From Guillardia theta CCMP2712 (taxonomy: Eukaryota > Protista > Cryptophyta): a DNA stretch of 64,000 nucleotides. Of the stretch, positions 59,430 through 64,000 are shown one piece after another. The translations under genes were made by a program, and so were the position numbers. The DNA is taken from the NCBI RefSeq assembly GCF_000315625.1, contig NW_005434611.1, positions 1 to 64,000 on the forward strand, read 5' to 3'. Every line of letters begins with the position of its first letter. Positions within the stretch are counted from its first letter, which is position 1. A model generated the notes under the pieces. It ran no database searches and had not been told where the DNA came from. It saw only the letters and a list, made by a program, of their open reading frames with translations.

Positions 59430-62400
59430 CCTCTAGCGGCAATTAAACTCTCACTCGCCTCTTCTACTGACATCCCCGCACGCGCCCATCTTCGCACCCC
59501 ACGAGGATCATGCGGGAATACGGCAGGACCTCCACGCACGAGATGTTGCTGCGACAGCCTCGGTCAGCTCAGCTTCTTACCCGCCTCCGGTCCAGCTGGG
59601 CTCACCTTCGAACGTCTCGCATCCGACTTTGATCGACAGCTCGAGGAGCGTCTGCAAACACAAGCCCTCCAGCTAGAGCAGCGACAGCCTGACAAGAGCG
59701 ATAGGTACAAGCTCAGCGGTAGGAAGGAGCAGGAGAAGACTGAGGGAGAGCAGCCATAGCGTGAGGAGGAGAGGAGGGCAGTAGTAGAAGGAACAAGCAG
59801 GGAGACTAGCAGGACACAAGTGAACATGCGCTACCATCGAGCTGGGCATCACTTTCAGGTCAACCACAGGATCAGTGAGGTACAGCCGATCCCTTCCCTC
59901 CTGCGTTTCAGACGTGAGGAGGGGAGAAGAGCTTGCGCTGCTCCCGCACCTTCCCGCTCCACCTCGACAGCCTCGGCAACATCAGCCATGCTGTGCTCCA
60001 CAGCAGCTCCTCTGAGCCTTCACTCTGACACAAGGCAGTCACCCCCTGCCACGTCAACCGCCTCCTCTCACATCCCACACGGCAAGCGACTTGTCCATGG
60101 AGGCAGTGATAACGTGCGTCCCCTTCGTTTCCAGCCCCGTGATCGCTCCTTCGTGCGCCCTCCACGTGCTGTAAACACATCCAGCAGCAGCTCAGCAGAC
60201 TCAGCAACTCGCAGCAGGTCCGCCTGACCTCTGCAAGACCCCCGACCTGAGGTCCATCACGCACACCTGACCTGTGCTAGTGCCCATGAAGATCGACCCT
60301 CGTGATGCTTTGATGCTCAGCACGTTGTTCAGGGCAGGCGGCAGGTGCCTGCGGGCAACGTCGGTCATGCTCGCCGTCGCCAGTTCCCTCTCTCACCACT
60401 CGACTCCCTTGCTCTTGCTCCTCAGGTCTACAACCTTGACAGCGACAGGCCCAGGATACTTGGCGGTACACGCAAGGATGGCGTTGCCTCCAAACCAGAA
60501 CCTGCGGCTGTGTGAGGCAAGTAACGAGCTGCTGCTGCTCCCACTCAGTCGCTGCAACGTCGCCTTCCAGGCACGCGAAGCTGGTGATGCTCGCAACATG
60601 CCCGCTCGTCAAGACGCCCTTGTGTGTCTGCATCCTCTGCAGCACCTGACGTGTTGCGTCAAGCTCGCTCGCCGGCCCTTCAGTCTCGCTGCACCTCGAA
60701 GTCCCACACGTGGATCTCAGTGTCAAGTGACACAGCCCAGGGTCTGCTGGGAAGCAGCTGGACGCGCGTCACTGGTTCGCGATGTCCTGTGTACATCCCC
60801 TCGCAGTTCAAGTTATGCGGAGACCAGAGACGGACGGTCGAGTCCTGCAGGTCAAGTCAGAGGAGAGGAGGGGCGGGTAGCGAGGATGTGCGGACTTTGC
60901 TTCCTGTGAAGAAGACTCGCTCGCTGGGATGCCGACAGATGCACTTGACGTTTCCTGTGTGTCCCTTCCACGAGCACGCGAGAGCTGAGGGAGAAGTGAG
61001 AGGCTCGTCTCGCAACCTCCTCCTCCACCTCCATTGAAGGTCCACTCCCACGACCTGTCCTTGACCACGATGCTCCCTTCTCCCGCCTGCCGCTGCTCCC
61101 CGAAGCCCGACCAGCGCGCTATCCCGCTCTCTCGATCCGCCGCCCTCCTGTCCTCGGCAAGCGATCGAGTCGGGAGAGGCTTGGAGGACGCATGTTTGGC
61201 GACAAGAGACTCGATGAAGGCATGGTTGCGAACAGCTTGACGGATCGTCGACTGCCACTGGGCGCAGGAAGGGTCGGAGGGAGGGACAAGATCAAGCAGG
61301 GAGTGGTAGACGTCATGGACTATGTCAGCGCTGTACATCAGCTTCAACTGACTCCTGCTCTCTGCCGACAGCCCGCGCTGAGAAGACGGCTGGGAGGGAC
61401 AAGTCAAGGCTTGCGAGAAGGAAAGGAAGGGAAGTGAGGGCAACTAGACATGAGGAAGGAGAAAGACGAAGAAAAACGAGAACGGAGGGACGAGAGAGGA
61501 GGGAGAGAGGTGGGGGACAGGACGGAGAGAGAAAGGAGCGACAAGGGAGAAGGAAGGGAGAAAGGAAGAACCACAGGAGGAACCACAGGAGGAACCACAT
61601 GAGGAACCACAGGAGGAACCACAGGAGGAACCACAGGAAGAACTTTCCTCTCTCCCTTCCCTCTCCCTTTTCCCTCCTTGCTGAAGGGGAGAGGAAGAGC
61701 AGAGGATGGGGAGACGAGAGGGCACTTACATCCGACCCTCCGAGCCCGAGGGGATTGCTACCAGTCACAAACCCCTTGGAATAAATTTGAGTCAGCGACA
61801 TAAGCCAATTAGCGAGTCCGAGGAGGAGATGCTTTCTGACTGCGTCTGGTCCTGACTTGCCCAGCAGGTCGCAGAGAATACTCGTAGTCACCATGACAGA
61901 CTCTCTCGAAGTCATCCGACTGCCCCCCTCCTCCTCCTGCTTGCACTCTCTTACAGGAACCTCTGTCAGGAGGCGGAGCAGGATGGAGTTGTGGAGGAGG
62001 CAGAGGTCCATGGAGCTCGTGCTGGATACCATGGGCAGCATCTGCTCGATCGTCGTCAAGATCAGCAGAAAAGAGTCTCTGCGCGTGAAAGTCTTCCCGT
62101 CCTTCCCAGCTCCGCCCGCCCTCTGCCCATCGCTATCATCGGGGGACCTCTCCTCTGCCAGCGTCTTGTGTGCCGCCACTCCTCTCCTCCCCTCCGTCGA
62201 CCCGAAGGTCCAGTCGTAGAGGACGGCGAGCATGCGCGGGACGAGGAGCTGGGAGCACCAGACCTCTCCCATCTTCGTCCCAAGATCCACTAGGAACCCA
62301 GAGACCCGCCCTGAGGCATCCCGGGCGAGTTTTGGGACGAGGGGGTCGGCGATGTGGATCAGGCTGACTGCCTCCCCTAGCACTTCTCCTGTGAGGCCCA

Positions 62401-64000
62401 CCAGGGTTCGAGAGACGCGGGAGGAGACGGTAGAGCTCGGCGAGTTCACGAGGAGGGCGAGGAGGCGAGGGAGGAGGGAGTGGAGGAACGAGTCAACGCC
62501 GAACGAGTCGATCCATCCGGCGACAGAGGACACGTCGAGGAGCCCAGCCATCGCCATCGCCTCCTGCTTGCTGTCCCGGTCCGTTTTGCTTCCGCTGGAG
62601 ATCAGCTGGAGCAGGTGGGGCAGGACCAGTCTTTCGCTCTCCTTCTGCCCGATGCCTCTGCAGAAGATGGGAACAATGGAGCGCAGAACGTCAACCTCCT
62701 GCTCCTCCTCCTCGAACGCCTGAAGGATGTCAGGCAGGAGGGTGAGGAGGAGGGGAGATCGCATGAGAGCAGCGGAAGCTCGATGCGTGTCCTGGAGGAC
62801 AGCTCGGACCTTCTCTCTTCTCATCCCCGCGTTCACGGAGCAACGGAGGAGCTGCACGAGCTCGAGGAGGGGATGAAAATACTCAGGGAAGATGCGATGG
62901 GAGGAAAGAGCTTTCAAAGGCTCCGCAGGTCCAGGTGCGATCGATTTGACGTCCGTTGAGATCGACTGCGAGTATTCCCCCAGCAGGCCGAGCCGAAGCA
63001 CCTTGTCGCTGTTGAAGGGTTCTTGAACGGACGTCAGCACCTTCGACTTGCTCTCAACGTCTGATCGCAACATCCTAGCGAGACACTGACTGGTCCTCGC
63101 ATGCTCGAGAGCGTCCTGAAGTAGAGCTGGGATGGAGCCCGCCCGTGACTTGTTGCCCTCCTCTCCCAATCCTCCTCCTCCTGCCTGCAGCTGCTTGACG
63201 GAGTCCACGAACGATCCCAAGGGGAAGTCGACTGAGGGGAAGTGACAGAGAGAGTCGTTGAGCAGGTGAGAGTCGCTCAAAATCAGCTCCATCATCGTCG
63301 AGTTATCGTGACATATGTAGGAGGAGAAGTTGCCGACAAAGTTGAGATCCCTTCTCGTCGCATCCTCCCCCAAGCACGAGCCTCCTGCTCTCCCGGAGCA
63401 GCCACTGGCCTCCATCAGCACTAGATCCTGCACAAGGAGAAAGGCGGAGTTTGACTCGTCCGTCAGCAGGCAAGACTCGTCAAAGCCCAGGGAGCTGAAA
63501 GTTCTTTCCGCTCCTTCTCCTTCATCCCCCGAGCTCCTCTGACTCCTTCCCAACACCTCCCGATGCGCGTTCGACGGTCGGATCAGCATCTCCATGTCTA
63601 CCCGCTCCCCGATCGCCTTTCGGATCCCAGCAAACAGCGACTTCTTCGTCTTCTTCTCTGCCACCACCTTCAAGGTTCCTGTCTCGCTCCCTCCCTCCTC
63701 CTCCGCAACCTGGACAGGGTGATCTGCCTCCACCGGACGTTCGCGGGAGGAGCAGGAGGAGTCGGAGGAGACGAGGTATCGCTCGATGTTGGCGACCTTC
63801 TGCTTGTTCGAGACCCTCCGCGGGGGGTGCGGACGTTGGAACAAGACGCAGAACCCGCGGTAGGACGGGAAGGTATTCTCCTTCAAAGGCACGTTCTTGG
63901 CGTCGATCGCCTCCTGTCCGACTAATTTGCAACCGAACGTGAGGTCGATCCACTCGTGCAGGCTCGCCGACACCTCATCGCTCTCGAGCATCATGCGGTG
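59430..64000 (-). CDS. BEACH + WD40 protein, WDR81-like; 5' part outside window
   Basis: LESDEVSASLHEWIDLTFGCKLVGQEAIDAKNV (BEACH, WDR81-type); WD repeats GHTGNVKCICRHPSERVFFTGS and VKVVDLRS. Confidence 0.85.

Noticed and set aside
61325-61790. Hydrophobic FLLW-repeat tail of the 889-aa ORF
   Set aside because: Read-through into an intron containing a 12-bp repeat; the WD40 exons resume downstream.

Overview
Eukaryotic nuclear DNA with short GT-AG introns. It is probably from a flagellated alga: TTTAGGG telomere repeats, CYP97, BBS6 and CCDC57 are present, and a cryptophyte such as Guillardia is an inference. The window appears to be a left chromosome end. Bases 1-11585 hold a head-to-tail array of non-LTR retroelements embedded in (CCCTAAA)n. 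The first is an autonomous LINE (1-8612, minus strand, 3' end outside the window) with a frameshifted ORF1 and an uninterrupted ORF2 of at least 2129 codons. ORF2 encodes a Ulp1/C48-like cysteine protease, an APE endonuclease, a Cys4 ribbon and an RT, and the ORF track misses it because it runs off the window. The second is a 2.7-kb element (8707-11391) encoding only a diverged, intact ORF1 homologue, flanked by telomere repeats and lacking poly(A). Both elements begin with tandemly repeated 20-22 nt 5' units. Housekeeping genes start almost directly after the proximal telomere tract: MKKS/BBS6 with a PET117 ORF ending 19 nt upstream, a Ca3427-like binding protein, beta-adaptin with a RanBP2-type zinc finger, R2R3-MYB, AMT, prolyl 4-hydroxylase, CYP97, an ankyrin protein, IMP1, GT90, a DnaJ protein, CCDC57, a collagen-like protein and WDR81-like. 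A 1159-bp PIF/Harbinger remnant with perfect 31-bp TIRs and a TAA TSD is also present. Boundaries of spliced genes are approximate.
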